In this document: piece after piece, positions 1-8,750 of the stretch
Position numbering within the stretch: position 1 is the stretch's first letter
Layout: each line of letters opens with the position of its first letter
DNA from: Bdellovibrionota bacterium
GTDB taxonomy: Bacteria; Bdellovibrionota; UBA1018; UBA923
Assembly (NCBI GenBank): GCA_040754655.1
Contig: JBFMCE010000005.1
Span: 1 to 60,776, forward strand
Direction: 5' to 3'
Length of the DNA stretch: 60,776 nt
The notes under the pieces: generated by a model
Databases searched by the model: none
Seen by the model: the letters and a program-made list of their open reading frames with translations, nothing else
Told to the model about the DNA's origin: nothing
Program-made: the position numbers and the translations under genes

Positions 1-58
1 CTTGACGGTAAGGACGAGCCTATTCGAGTGACGATTTTTTATAGAAATTTTGTAGATT

Positions 59-135
<77 letters not shown>

Positions 136-156
136 ATCAAATTGAGTTGTATAGAC

Positions 157-185
157 CTTGTAGACATCTGCGGCGCTTGTGTCAA
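157..185 (-). promoter_or_regulatory. sigma70-type promoter for tRNA-fMet
   Basis: Minus strand TTGACA-N17-TACAAG, about 20 nt upstream of the tRNA; the -35 box overlaps the rluB stop codon. Confidence 0.6.
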
Positions 186-1666
186 GGCTGTAATGCACTC
201 AACTCCAATAAGCGCTCAAAATCTTTACGTTTCAGCAACCGGTACTCACCCGGCTCAAGGCCTTGTATCGAAATATCACCAATGGCTGTTCGCACGATGC
301 GATCGACCAATAATCCCTTGCGATTGAGAAGCTCGCGCAGGTCAAGGCCAGAGCCTTCAATGACTTCAAGTTTAAGCCAGCTCTTGCTTCTTAGGCTTTG
401 CTCCACTCCGAATGATGCAAAACGAACCACCCCTTCAGCGGTGAAGAAGCCATTCTTCAAGAACTCAAGTTCCTCGCGTCCTGGGTGACCCTTGATCTTA
501 ACCATATACACTTTTGGAAGATTGCGCGCCTTGATCACCTGATCCGCGATCGCGCCATCATTCGTCAAGAGCATAAGGCCTTCCGAATTGTAATCAAGCC
601 TTCCAACCGGGATCACACGTTCGTTCAGTCCTTTGAGAAGCAGGCCCAAGTGGCGTCTTCCCTCAGGATCCGCAAGCGATGAAATCACTCCTTTGGGTTT
701 GTAGAGTGCGATGTAAGAAGGTTCAACCTCAGTGAAGATGAGCTTTCCGTTTACCTTGATTTTATCTTTTTCAGGATCAGCCTTGGTTCCAAGTTCGCTG
801 ACAACGCGTCCATTGACGGTCACCGCGCCTTCAAGAATCAAGATCTCAGCATTTCGACGCGAAGCGATTCCTGCGCGGGCAAGGATCTTTTGCAGGCGTT
901 CTTTTCCCGATTCCGCTGATCTCGTTCGAGCAGTGGTCTCGATATCTGTGGCCTTGGTTGGTTGAGCCGATGGCCCGGTGGTTCGTGCCACCGTTTTGGG
1001 CTTTACCACTGGAGGAACTCGCACAGAAGTCTGATAAGCGCTCTTTTTCCAAGGGCCCTTGGTCATTCGAGGGCGGTCATCGCGAGAACGCCTTTCATCG
1101 CGGTATGGCCTGCGCTCATCGCGATCTCTTTTGGGAAATCGTCGCGGACCTCTATCTTCTCGAAATCCGGTTTCTTCCCGATCTTTTTTAAAAGACCGGC
1201 GAGGACCTCTTTCATCTCGAACCCTGGCTTCCCCGCGGTCTTTTCCACCAAAGCGCCTAGGGCCTCTGTCTCCCCGAAAATCTCGATCCTCACGAAAACC
1301 CCCTGGCCGGCGTCTTGGGGGTCTCTCTTCTCGTGGTGGCCGGTCCTCACGAAACCCTCTGCTTTGGCGGTGTGGGCTTTCTTCATTACGAGAGTAGCTT
1401 CCCATTCTTCTTGGAGGGCGCTTTTCGTCACCGCCATACCGAGGCGAACGCTCAGGCGAGCGTTCCGATCTCGGAAAAGGTCTTCCTTCTCTTCGTGGTC
1501 TGCGCTCATCCGGGCGTTCAGACCTTGGAAACGATCTGCTTTCTGTTCGAGACCTGCGTTCGCCAGACCGCTCTGGCCTTGAAAACGACCTGCCTTCAGC
1601 TCGCGGACCTTTACTGTAAGGCCGCGCAGTGCCTTGCGAAGAACGCTTTCGTACTACCTTTTTCAT
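182..1666 (-). CDS. rluB: RluB/RsuA-family rRNA pseudouridine synthase with about 250-aa Arg/Glu/Asp-rich N-terminal extension
   Basis: S4 domain ERLQKILARAGIASRR; catalytic motif GRLDYNSEGLMLLTNDG; lies downstream of scpAB. Confidence 0.85.
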   Translation of the reverse strand: MKKVVRKRSSQGTARPYSKGPRAEGRSFSRPERSGERRSRTESRSFPRSERPDERRPRREGRPFPRSERSPERSPRYGGDEKRPPRRMGSYSRNEESPHRQSRGFREDRPPREERPPRRRPGGFREDRDFRGDRGPRRFGGKDRGEARVRDERGPRRSFKKDREETGFREDRGPRRFPKRDRDERRPYRDERRSRDDRPRMTKGPWKKSAYQTSVRVPPVVKPKTVARTTGPSAQPTKATDIETTARTRSAESGKERLQKILARAGIASRRNAEILILEGAVTVNGRVVSELGTKADPEKDKIKVNGKLIFTEVEPSYIALYKPKGVISSLADPEGRRHLGLLLKGLNERVIPVGRLDYNSEGLMLLTNDGAIADQVIKARNLPKVYMVKIKGHPGREELEFLKNGFFTAEGVVRFASFGVEQSLRSKSWLKLEVIEGSGLDLRELLNRKGLLVDRIVRTAIGDISIQGLEPGEYRLLKRKDFERLLELSALQP

Positions 1667-1695
1667 ATGAAACTACTTCCTAGCGGGGTTTAAAT

Positions 1696-3003
1696 CTAGA
1701 GCTCTGGTTCTCGCTCAATTTGATCGTTCGAGTCAAGCTCTTCTTGCTGTTCGATCTTCGCCGTCGTGATGGCATCGGCTAAAGCTTCTGCATTTACGAC
1801 CGCGACGTTTGACTCTTCAATGGCTTGAGAGATCATCGAAGCATGCCTCTCCCATTGGGCTTCTTCAGCCGCCGCTACGAGCTCTTCCGAAGGTTGGTGC
1901 TCTTGGGCTACGCTGGTCATCGTCGATGGGTCGAGAACCACGCCCTCTGTGGCTGTGACGCTGTTCATTTGAATCACAAACTCTGAATCTGAGACGACGG
2001 TTGAGGTCGGAACCGAACCGATTGGAATGATGTTGTCGTTTTCATCAAGCGTAAGCCCTTGAAGCGCGAGCTCGGTAAGCTTGGCGTTGCGTTTTTCTTG
2101 GGCTTTTTGCTCTTCAAGGAAAGAAGTCGAGGTAGGAATGCTAGCGATTTCGCTTCGCAGCTGTTCCAGCTCATCATCGATCTTAGAGTCGTCAAAGAGT
2201 ATCTTGTCAGAGCTTGCGATCATCTTTGAGAACTCTTGCATTGAAGATTGGACCTGTTCTTCAATCCCAACCTCACTTGCGGCAACCATGGCTTCAACCT
2301 CATGAAGCGCCGGCAAGGCTTTGATGTCTTTCAGGTTAAAGAGCTCTAAAAACTCATGGGTTGTGCCGTAAAGCATGGGTTTGCCTGGCAGCTCTGAACG
2401 GCCCGAGATGCGAATGAGATGTTTTTCCATCAAATTCCTCAAAACATAACCGCTGTCGACCCCCCTCACTTGATCGATCTCATCCTTGGTGCAGGGTTGT
2501 TTGTAAGCGATGATCGCAAGCACTTCCATGGTGGTGCTTGAAAGTTTAAGAGGTTGGGTTTTGACCATCTTTCTCAAGACCGAACTCATGTGGGGCTTGG
2601 TGCGCAGCTGGAAACCTAAGCTGACTTCGGCGATCTCGACTCCCCGATGGTCGGAGCCGAACTCTTCACGAAGCTTTGCCATGAGCTTTCGGTAGACCGC
2701 CAAAGAGACCTCCGGGTTGATGATCGAGCGAAGCTTGGGCAAGCTTACCGGTTTGTCTGACATGAACAAAATAGATTCCATTGAAGCCATCAATTCAGCT
2801 TGCTGGCCGTCAGAAAGGTCAACGTCGGCTTCGTTTGACTCTAGGTCAGCGTCAGCATCGGCGACCCCTTCGACCAAGCCCTCATTCTGCGCGAGTTTGA
2901 GCAACTCGTCTTCATCGAAAGGCTTTTGGCTTTCTTGGTCTTCGCCCTCGGCGAGTGAGGAAACGGTTTCGTTCTTTTTTTCTTCGTTCAACTGATCATC
3001 CAT
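1696..3003 (-). CDS. scpB: SMC-Scp complex subunit ScpB with long acidic extensions
   Basis: ESILF, EVLAIIAYKQP, IDQVRGVDS, GRSELPGKPMLYGTTHEFLELFNL motifs; start moved to ATG 3003, which has a GAGGAG SD. Confidence 0.93.
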   Translation of the reverse strand: MDDQLNEEKKNETVSSLAEGEDQESQKPFDEDELLKLAQNEGLVEGVADADADLESNEADVDLSDGQQAELMASMESILFMSDKPVSLPKLRSIINPEVSLAVYRKLMAKLREEFGSDHRGVEIAEVSLGFQLRTKPHMSSVLRKMVKTQPLKLSSTTMEVLAIIAYKQPCTKDEIDQVRGVDSGYVLRNLMEKHLIRISGRSELPGKPMLYGTTHEFLELFNLKDIKALPALHEVEAMVAASEVGIEEQVQSSMQEFSKMIASSDKILFDDSKIDDELEQLRSEIASIPTSTSFLEEQKAQEKRNAKLTELALQGLTLDENDNIIPIGSVPTSTVVSDSEFVIQMNSVTATEGVVLDPSTMTSVAQEHQPSEELVAAAEEAQWERHASMISQAIEESNVAVVNAEALADAITTAKIEQQEELDSNDQIEREPEL

Positions 3004-3787
3004 GTACAGCAAGCTCCTCAATGCGTTTTGCGTTGTATTGGAATCCTGTCATCAGCGTCGGATCAAGCTCGGAAAGCGCGTCGGTGAGTGTGAGATAGAT
3101 CGAGCCGAAAGTCTCGTTTTGATAGAGTTTCAGTTTCTTGAGCCGTGCGATCTCGAGTAGCGCGATGAATGTCACGATGATTTCCGTGCGATCGGGTTCA
3201 GGAGAAAGAATGCTTGCAAACTCGGTCAGCTCACCGGGCTTCAAGATTTTTGCGAGCTGAGCGATGCGTTCAGGAATCGACGTAGGTTCGCGAATGATGA
3301 TCTTATTGCGTTTTCTCGAGCGTTTGAGCACGTCTTGGAACACTAGGGTGAGGCCCGTGATGTCGAGTTCTTTCCATACCGTTTGTTTCTCGGGCGGAAG
3401 CACTCCAGGGCGCGTGAAGATGTCGCGCCCCAAGACCGGAAGTTCTACGAGTTGGCGAGCGGTCTCTTGAAATCTCTTGTACTCAAGCAGCCTGCGAACA
3501 AGTTCTTCTTCGCTCGCTGGGGCGTCTTCTTGGGACTCAGCGCCTAGCGCGTCGTCGGAAGGCAAGAGCCTCTTTGATTTCAGGTGAATGAGCGTCGCGG
3601 CCATGACCAAGAACTCACTTGCGACATCAAAGTTAAGCTCGCGCATCAGTTCAATGTATTGAACGTATTGGTCGGTAATACGGTGCAAACTGATCGCCGA
3701 GACATCCATCTCATTTTTTTGAATGAGAAAGAGCAGCAAATCGAGCGGTCCTTCGAACTGATCTGTTCTAATCTTGAGTAATTCCAT
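2996..3787 (-). CDS. scpA: SMC-Scp complex subunit ScpA
   Basis: FEGPLDLLLFLI, EFLVMAATLIHLKSKRLLP, VTFIALLE motifs. Confidence 0.95.
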   Translation of the reverse strand: MELLKIRTDQFEGPLDLLLFLIQKNEMDVSAISLHRITDQYVQYIELMRELNFDVASEFLVMAATLIHLKSKRLLPSDDALGAESQEDAPASEEELVRRLLEYKRFQETARQLVELPVLGRDIFTRPGVLPPEKQTVWKELDITGLTLVFQDVLKRSRKRNKIIIREPTSIPERIAQLAKILKPGELTEFASILSPEPDRTEIIVTFIALLEIARLKKLKLYQNETFGSIYLTLTDALSELDPTLMTGFQYNAKRIEELAVHG

Positions 3788-3877
3788 AAGCCTTATATAA
3801 GCTATCTGGCTGCAGAGTAAAATAACAAGGAGCAGTGAGTCAAAGTTTAAAGAATTTTAAGGGGTTGTCCTTGTCTC

Positions 3878-4558
3878 TTAAAGAACCGGAACCCCTACGA
3901 CATTCAACAATCCGACCCAGATTCCAATCGAAAGATTCCCTAAATAGGTGATCGGAACAGCCAAGATATTTAGACCCCCGCTCCATAGCAACGCAAGCAA
4001 GATAAAAAAACTATACGCCTGCATGCTTTCGTACTTGCGGGTAGCATCATAAGATAAAAAAGATTGAACCATTTTTGATCCATCCAATGGCGGAAGTGGG
4101 ATCAAATTGAAGATTGCCAGAGCATAATTGATAAAAATAGCCGCCTTGGCCATTTCGCCCAGGGGTTCAAAAAGGTAGAAGTCTCGAGGAACAAATGCCC
4201 AGAAGAGCACGAGCAGCATCGCGCTGAAAAGCGCTAAGATAACATTTGCCGCCGGGCCGGCAAGCGAAACCAAAAACAGCCCGCTTCGATAGGGACGAAG
4301 GCGATTGTAATCAATTGGAACAGGCTTTGCCCAGCCGAAGAGCAAATTCATGCCGGTGAGCATGTTGATCATGGGAAAAAGAAGGGTACCGATAGGGTCA
4401 ATGTGAGGGATCGGATTGAGCGTGAGCCGTCCTAGGCTCTTTGCGGTATCATCTCCATGGCGTTTCGCGACAAAGGCGTGAGCAACTTCGTGAAAGACAA
4501 TTGCCATCAAAAATGGCACCATTTGCAAAAAGACGACTTGAAGGCGTTCAACTCCCAT
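3878..4558 (-). CDS. site-2 protease (peptidase M50) membrane metalloprotease
   Basis: HEVAH zinc motif, GRLTLNP, AGPAAN, FNLIPLPPLDG; likely start is ATG 4558 (MGVERLQ), not the extended 4771. Confidence 0.9.
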   Translation of the reverse strand: MGVERLQVVFLQMVPFLMAIVFHEVAHAFVAKRHGDDTAKSLGRLTLNPIPHIDPIGTLLFPMINMLTGMNLLFGWAKPVPIDYNRLRPYRSGLFLVSLAGPAANVILALFSAMLLVLFWAFVPRDFYLFEPLGEMAKAAIFINYALAIFNLIPLPPLDGSKMVQSFLSYDATRKYESMQAYSFFILLALLWSGGLNILAVPITYLGNLSIGIWVGLLNVVGVPVL

Positions 4559-4616
4559 AGTTTTGAAGACCTTATCGTAAACTTGGGTAAACAACCACAA
4601 GTTCTTTGGAGGCAAG

Positions 4617-4805
4617 ATGATGAAAGCTATCGGTATTTTTTCAATTCTTTTGAGCTTAGGAATGTCAGCAGCGATCCCTTCTCGCGGATACTCTTGCGAC
4701 AAACACAAACGAGCTTGCGCAAAAGGCGCAAGCTGTGGCGCCGACAAAGCCTGCAAGGGCGATTGCAGCAAGAACTCACAAAATTCTTCTTCTAAAGAAG
4801 GTTGA
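4617..4805 (+). CDS. small secreted cysteine-rich protein
   Basis: GGAGG SD, hydrophobic signal-peptide-like N-terminus, 5 Cys in 24 aa; fills the gap between M50 and xerD once their starts are corrected. Confidence 0.65.
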   Translation: MMKAIGIFSILLSLGMSAAIPSRGYSCDKHKRACAKGASCGADKACKGDCSKNSQNSSSKEG

Positions 4806-4826
4806 TTTCCCCGGGGTGCTGAATCT

Positions 4827-5735
4827 TCATTCAGTGTCAGACTTGGGATGATGCTTTTTGAGCGTCTCGTGGAGGTGCGCCGTCGAGACGTGACTATAAA
4901 CTTCTGTAGTTGAGATGTCGGTGTGACCCAAGAGCATTTGAAGGGTCCTTAAATTCATTCCCGCTTCCAAAAGATGGGTCGCGAAGGCGTGGCGCAAGAC
5001 GTGAGGCGAGAGTTTTGAGTCTATTCCGGCGCGTTTCCCGTACTTCTTGAGGAGCTTCCAAAAACCCTGACGCGTGAAGCCCTTGCCCTGGCTCGAGAGA
5101 AACAAGTTTGAAGGAACAGCTCCTGGGTCGCGAATGCGCTCCGGGCGGATGTGCTCGAGGTAATACCTCACAAGCCTCGTTGTTTCCGCATCGAGTGGCA
5201 CTATCCTGGATTTCCCCCCCTTTCCCAAGATACGCACGATCCCGGTCTCAAGGTTCACCTCATCTGGCTTGAGATTCGTCAGTTCCGATACTCGAAGCCC
5301 CGTGGCATAGAGAAGGCGTATCATCACCGTATCAGCGATGTTTTGCTCAAGCGCCGGAGCCTCGAGCAGGGAGCTCACTTCGTCTGCCGACAAGGTTAAG
5401 GGAAGGGGAGCGATCCCCTTCGAGGCCTTGATGTCTTGAAAGGGATTTTCCTCGACCCAGTTCTCTTGTTTGGCGAATTTGAAAAAGAGTTTGAGAGAAG
5501 ACACCTTTCTCGCCCGACTTCGGGCCTCGACTTGCGATCTTGCAAGCCAATCAAGATAAGCCTCGGCAACCGATTTCTTGGCGGAACTCCGAAGATCGCT
5601 TTCATGCCATCCGAGAAACTGGCTCACATCCCGCGAGTAAGCCTCGATGGTCTGAAGACTCAGGCCGCAGTCGAGCCTGAGATAGAGGGTAAATTTTTCC
5701 AGTTTGTCTTTATGGTCTCTGTTGAGTTCGTTCAC
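4827..5735 (-). CDS. xerD: tyrosine recombinase XerD
   Basis: LLYATGLRVSEL, GKGGKSRIVP, SPHVLRHAFATHLL, LLGHTDISTTEVY; start likely GTG 5735; xerD-M50-scpAB context. Confidence 0.88.
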   Translation of the reverse strand: MNELNRDHKDKLEKFTLYLRLDCGLSLQTIEAYSRDVSQFLGWHESDLRSSAKKSVAEAYLDWLARSQVEARSRARKVSSLKLFFKFAKQENWVEENPFQDIKASKGIAPLPLTLSADEVSSLLEAPALEQNIADTVMIRLLYATGLRVSELTNLKPDEVNLETGIVRILGKGGKSRIVPLDAETTRLVRYYLEHIRPERIRDPGAVPSNLFLSSQGKGFTRQGFWKLLKKYGKRAGIDSKLSPHVLRHAFATHLLEAGMNLRTLQMLLGHTDISTTEVYSHVSTAHLHETLKKHHPKSDTE

Positions 5736-5825
5736 GCCACCCTTGATTTTGCCATGAACAAAGTGACCTAGGAAGTTGCATCTGGAATGCCCCGAAGATA
5801 GACTGCTAATGGGGGATCGGTTCAT

Positions 5826-6638
5826 ATGATTAGGGCTCTCGCTCTTGGTTTGGTGGTTTTGGTATTTTCGGCCTGCTCAACGGTTTATCCCTTGAAGAGC
5901 ATGGCGAAACGCACTTCGGATCCGAGAGTTTTTCGGAGTGATATCCGGGTCGATACCGCGAGTCGCGACGTGGGCAAGCTGCAAAAGATAGCTTGGGCCG
6001 CGTATTCGGTGAATTTTGATTGCGCGAACGAGTGCGGCTACGCCGAAGAAGAGCAGAAGGCTTTGGCAAAGGAAATCGCTGAGACGAGTTTTGCGGCGCT
6101 CGACCGCGAAATCAGGAAGGCCTTGTTGAGCCACGACCCGGCGGTTTCTCGTTCGGTGCTTGATACCGCTTCGACCGTGCGTCTCGCGGCTTTCGCGCAG
6201 GAAATCAAGACAGACTCTTATCGAAGCACGGTAAACCGTTGGCTCGCCAAACTTGGTCTCAATAAGAGTTCAGAGATCAAAGCTACTGCGCAGAATCTAA
6301 AATACCTCGATCCTTCAGAGATCGGCTGGTCGGGGGAGGAAAGTCTCGCGAAACTTGGCCAGAGCCTTGGTGTCGACGGAGTGCTCGTAGGGCATATTCG
6401 AGTGTCCGTAGATTCGCCAAAGGAATCAGGCGCTGAAAAGAGGTCTGCGCTTAAAATCCAGGGACCGAAAGTCTGGATTTTTTCGGCGACCTCGGCAAAA
6501 GCAATCGCGATGGCTGAACTTCGTCCGAACTGGCAGCTTGATCGGCAGTCGTCTGATGGTCAGAGTTTAGACTGGACAGGGCTTGATGATGTGGCTTCGG
6601 GATTTAGTAGCAGGGTGGCGCAGGCTCTTAAGGAATAG
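5826..6638 (+). CDS. hypothetical lipoprotein
   Basis: Signal peptide with FSAC lipobox; GGGGGA SD. Confidence 0.75.
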   Translation: MIRALALGLVVLVFSACSTVYPLKSMAKRTSDPRVFRSDIRVDTASRDVGKLQKIAWAAYSVNFDCANECGYAEEEQKALAKEIAETSFAALDREIRKALLSHDPAVSRSVLDTASTVRLAAFAQEIKTDSYRSTVNRWLAKLGLNKSSEIKATAQNLKYLDPSEIGWSGEESLAKLGQSLGVDGVLVGHIRVSVDSPKESGAEKRSALKIQGPKVWIFSATSAKAIAMAELRPNWQLDRQSSDGQSLDWTGLDDVASGFSSRVAQALKE

Positions 6639-6682
6639 TTCGGCGGTTTGATTTCCAAGGCAATAGACCTACACACATAAAG

Positions 6683-6716
6683 AAAAAAAATGGGCCGGAG
6701 GTGTATTCTCCGGCCC
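6683..6716 (-). terminator. intrinsic terminator
   Basis: GGGCCGGAG/CTCCGGCCC 9-bp stem followed by T8 on the minus strand. Confidence 0.8.
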
Positions 6717-6916
6717 TAATCACGAGAACCGACCTTTGGTTTGCCCGTCAAAGGGTGTTCTTTCTCGTCTTATCTCCAGTTCGCATTCACATTCGCTTCC
6801 ACTGACTGTCGTTCTTGTGGCTTAGAACTTCGCTCTGCTCAACTTGCCACCCGCTTCTGCTTGGCCGCTTCAACTCCAGCTTTCAACTTTTCGCAGGAGA
6901 TCTCTTTTCGTAGCTC

Positions 6917-7618
6917 TTAGAACCTTACAAACACACCGTGATAACCGCTGTTTTGGTCGCCAGAGGTGTAGATCAATACGCCGCCAGACACAGGGTATGA
7001 GCCTGGGGTGTTTGGTGGCAAGACTCGAAGGTCAAAGGCCAATCCAACGCTCTGCGTGGATGAGCCTTGAGGCAATCCGTGCAGGTTTGCTTGTACAAAT
7101 TGGGGTGGCAGATCGATGTGACCGTAAGCGGTCCCGATCGATTGACCTGTTTGCGTGATGTTCATCGCTAAGGTCGCACCGGCAACGAACTGTGAATTTC
7201 CGGTATAGAATACCGTGTTTCCTGCAGGGCTGCCGACATAAGCGCCAGGGCTTAAGACTCCAGTTCCAGTAGGTCGGCTTGGATGTGAGAAACACTCGCA
7301 ACCAAAACCACCGCAGTAAGCGTAACCCCAAGCGCCGCCGCCTAAGTTGCAGAAGCCGCCGTTTGCGGTGTTGCCAGTCAAGAGACCTCCTACGATCGCA
7401 AGGCCGCTGTGGTAAACATTGGTATTGGTACTCGAAAATCCGATTCGCATTCCGCCGCCAGGAAGGGGCTGAACATTGCCGACATAGCCAGCAGGGCCAC
7501 CTGGTCCGCCAGGACCACCGGGCAATCCTTCTTCTTCATCACCACCGCAGCTTGTGACGGCTGCCATGATCGAAAATAAGACCGTCAATCGCACTACAGT
7601 TTCTAATAAACGCTTCAT
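6917..7618 (-). CDS. Gly-rich hypothetical lipoprotein
   Basis: VTSC lipobox, GGAGGAG SD, PGGPGGPGGP linker, four-Cys cluster. Confidence 0.8.
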   Translation of the reverse strand: MKRLLETVVRLTVLFSIMAAVTSCGGDEEEGLPGGPGGPGGPAGYVGNVQPLPGGGMRIGFSSTNTNVYHSGLAIVGGLLTGNTANGGFCNLGGGAWGYAYCGGFGCECFSHPSRPTGTGVLSPGAYVGSPAGNTVFYTGNSQFVAGATLAMNITQTGQSIGTAYGHIDLPPQFVQANLHGLPQGSSTQSVGLAFDLRVLPPNTPGSYPVSGGVLIYTSGDQNSGYHGVFVRF

Positions 7619-7669
7619 GTTCCAACTCCTCCTCAGGAACTCTCACAACTTCAACTCAGAGTGAGGTAG

Positions 7670-7685
7670 TGCAACGGTAGTGCCA
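7670..7685 (-). promoter_or_regulatory. sigma54 -24/-12 promoter
   Basis: Minus strand TGGCACTACCGTTGCA matches consensus TGGCAC-N5-TTGCW; about 50 nt upstream of the 7618 start. Confidence 0.8.
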
Positions 7686-7768
7686 AAATGACACAGGGCA
7701 TTGATTTGAGAGAGTGTGCTCAAAATGCTTGAAAACAAGCGCTTTTTGGCGCCATGATCTTGAGCAGG

Positions 7769-7785
7769 TGTCAACAGGTTTGACA
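7769..7785. promoter_or_regulatory. putative enhancer-binding-protein site (TGTC-N9-GACA)
   Basis: TGTCAACAGGTTTGACA palindrome about 84 bp upstream of the sigma54 promoter. Confidence 0.55.
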
Positions 7786-7889
7786 GTGGATTTTATAAAT
7801 AGAATAGGTTTATTTGCGAAGAATGGGCTTATTGAAGAGGGCTACGTCGTGCTATAAGCGAAATCACTAAAATTTTTAAGGAGTTTTCT

Positions 7890-8705
7890 ATGCGCAAGGC
7901 CCTCTCATATATAATGCTTTGTTTTTTAGCCCTTCCTTTGCACGCCAAAGCGGATTCAAGCTCAGCTTCGACTCCGTACTTTATGAGCCAGTACTTCCCC
8001 CTCCAGATCGTGACCCGAACGGTTGATTCTGTTGAGTGTGAAGGGTGGGAGAATGCCGGCGGATTCGAGCTAGATCCCCTGGTTGTTTACAATGAAAAGG
8101 CCAAACAACCTTCTTGGGAGGGCGAAGAAATAGACAGCGAAAAGACAGATATGAGATTTCTTGAAGTCGAAACCCCGATCACTCTTGAAGAGGTGTGCGA
8201 AAGAGTGAGGGTATTAGAGTCTTCTGGCCAAGCAGTGGCAAGTTCTACTGTGAGTTCGACGGCCGCTGCTGTTGAGTCGCTTCAACCGACTGAAAGTACT
8301 AAACCGATGTATGTCTATACCCAGCGTGTCGAAGGTCGAGAAGTACTGACGTTTAAATCGCCTTTAGACACAAAACCAGAGCGCACAATTGAGATCAAGA
8401 TGCAGCTTTTGACGGATAGAAACCAACTGAGCTCAACCAGAACATTTGACTTCACAATCGCAGACGAAAACGAGCTTTTTGCAACAGGCGATAAGGCGAT
8501 CCTCTACGGGGAGACGGTTGAAGAAGGAACAACTGAAACGGCTACCGTAGCCTCTACTGCCGAAAGAAAGCTTAGCCGCCAGGTTTTCGCGAGGAACTGT
8601 AAGGCCACTCTTGCAGGTCGTTCGCCGACAGACCCAGGCGCGCTTCTCAAGGCAGAATTGAGCAGAATCGCCAAAAGGTCGATGCTCAAAGACGCTCAGA
8701 AGTAA
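7890..8705 (+). CDS. secreted hypothetical protein
   Basis: AAGGAG SD, Sec signal peptide (LHA-KAD), upstream TTGAAG...TGCTATAAG promoter-like sequence. Confidence 0.75.
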   Translation: MRKALSYIMLCFLALPLHAKADSSSASTPYFMSQYFPLQIVTRTVDSVECEGWENAGGFELDPLVVYNEKAKQPSWEGEEIDSEKTDMRFLEVETPITLEEVCERVRVLESSGQAVASSTVSSTAAAVESLQPTESTKPMYVYTQRVEGREVLTFKSPLDTKPERTIEIKMQLLTDRNQLSSTRTFDFTIADENELFATGDKAILYGETVEEGTTETATVASTAERKLSRQVFARNCKATLAGRSPTDPGALLKAELSRIAKRSMLKDAQK

Positions 8706-8750
8706 TCGATCGATGAACTTGGCATGCCATTGTGATACCGAATAGAGCAC

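Noticed and set aside
1-58. Island integrated at tRNA-fMet
   Set aside because: Too little sequence downstream of the tRNA, and no duplicated tRNA 3' end noticed in the window
958-1683. Several long alternative-frame ORFs over the rluB N-terminus
   Set aside because: Shadow ORFs caused by low-complexity Arg-rich coding sequence; no SD or protein-like features
4827-5735. Tyrosine recombinase as a prophage or integron integrase
   Set aside because: Motifs and the xerD-M50-scpAB context fit chromosomal XerD; no IntI-specific insertion, attC array or phage genes seen
6735-6750. c-di-GMP-I riboswitch (GGGCAAACC on the minus strand)
   Set aside because: Lacks the following GAAA-capped stem and GGGACGCAAAG core; kept only as a generic structured trailer
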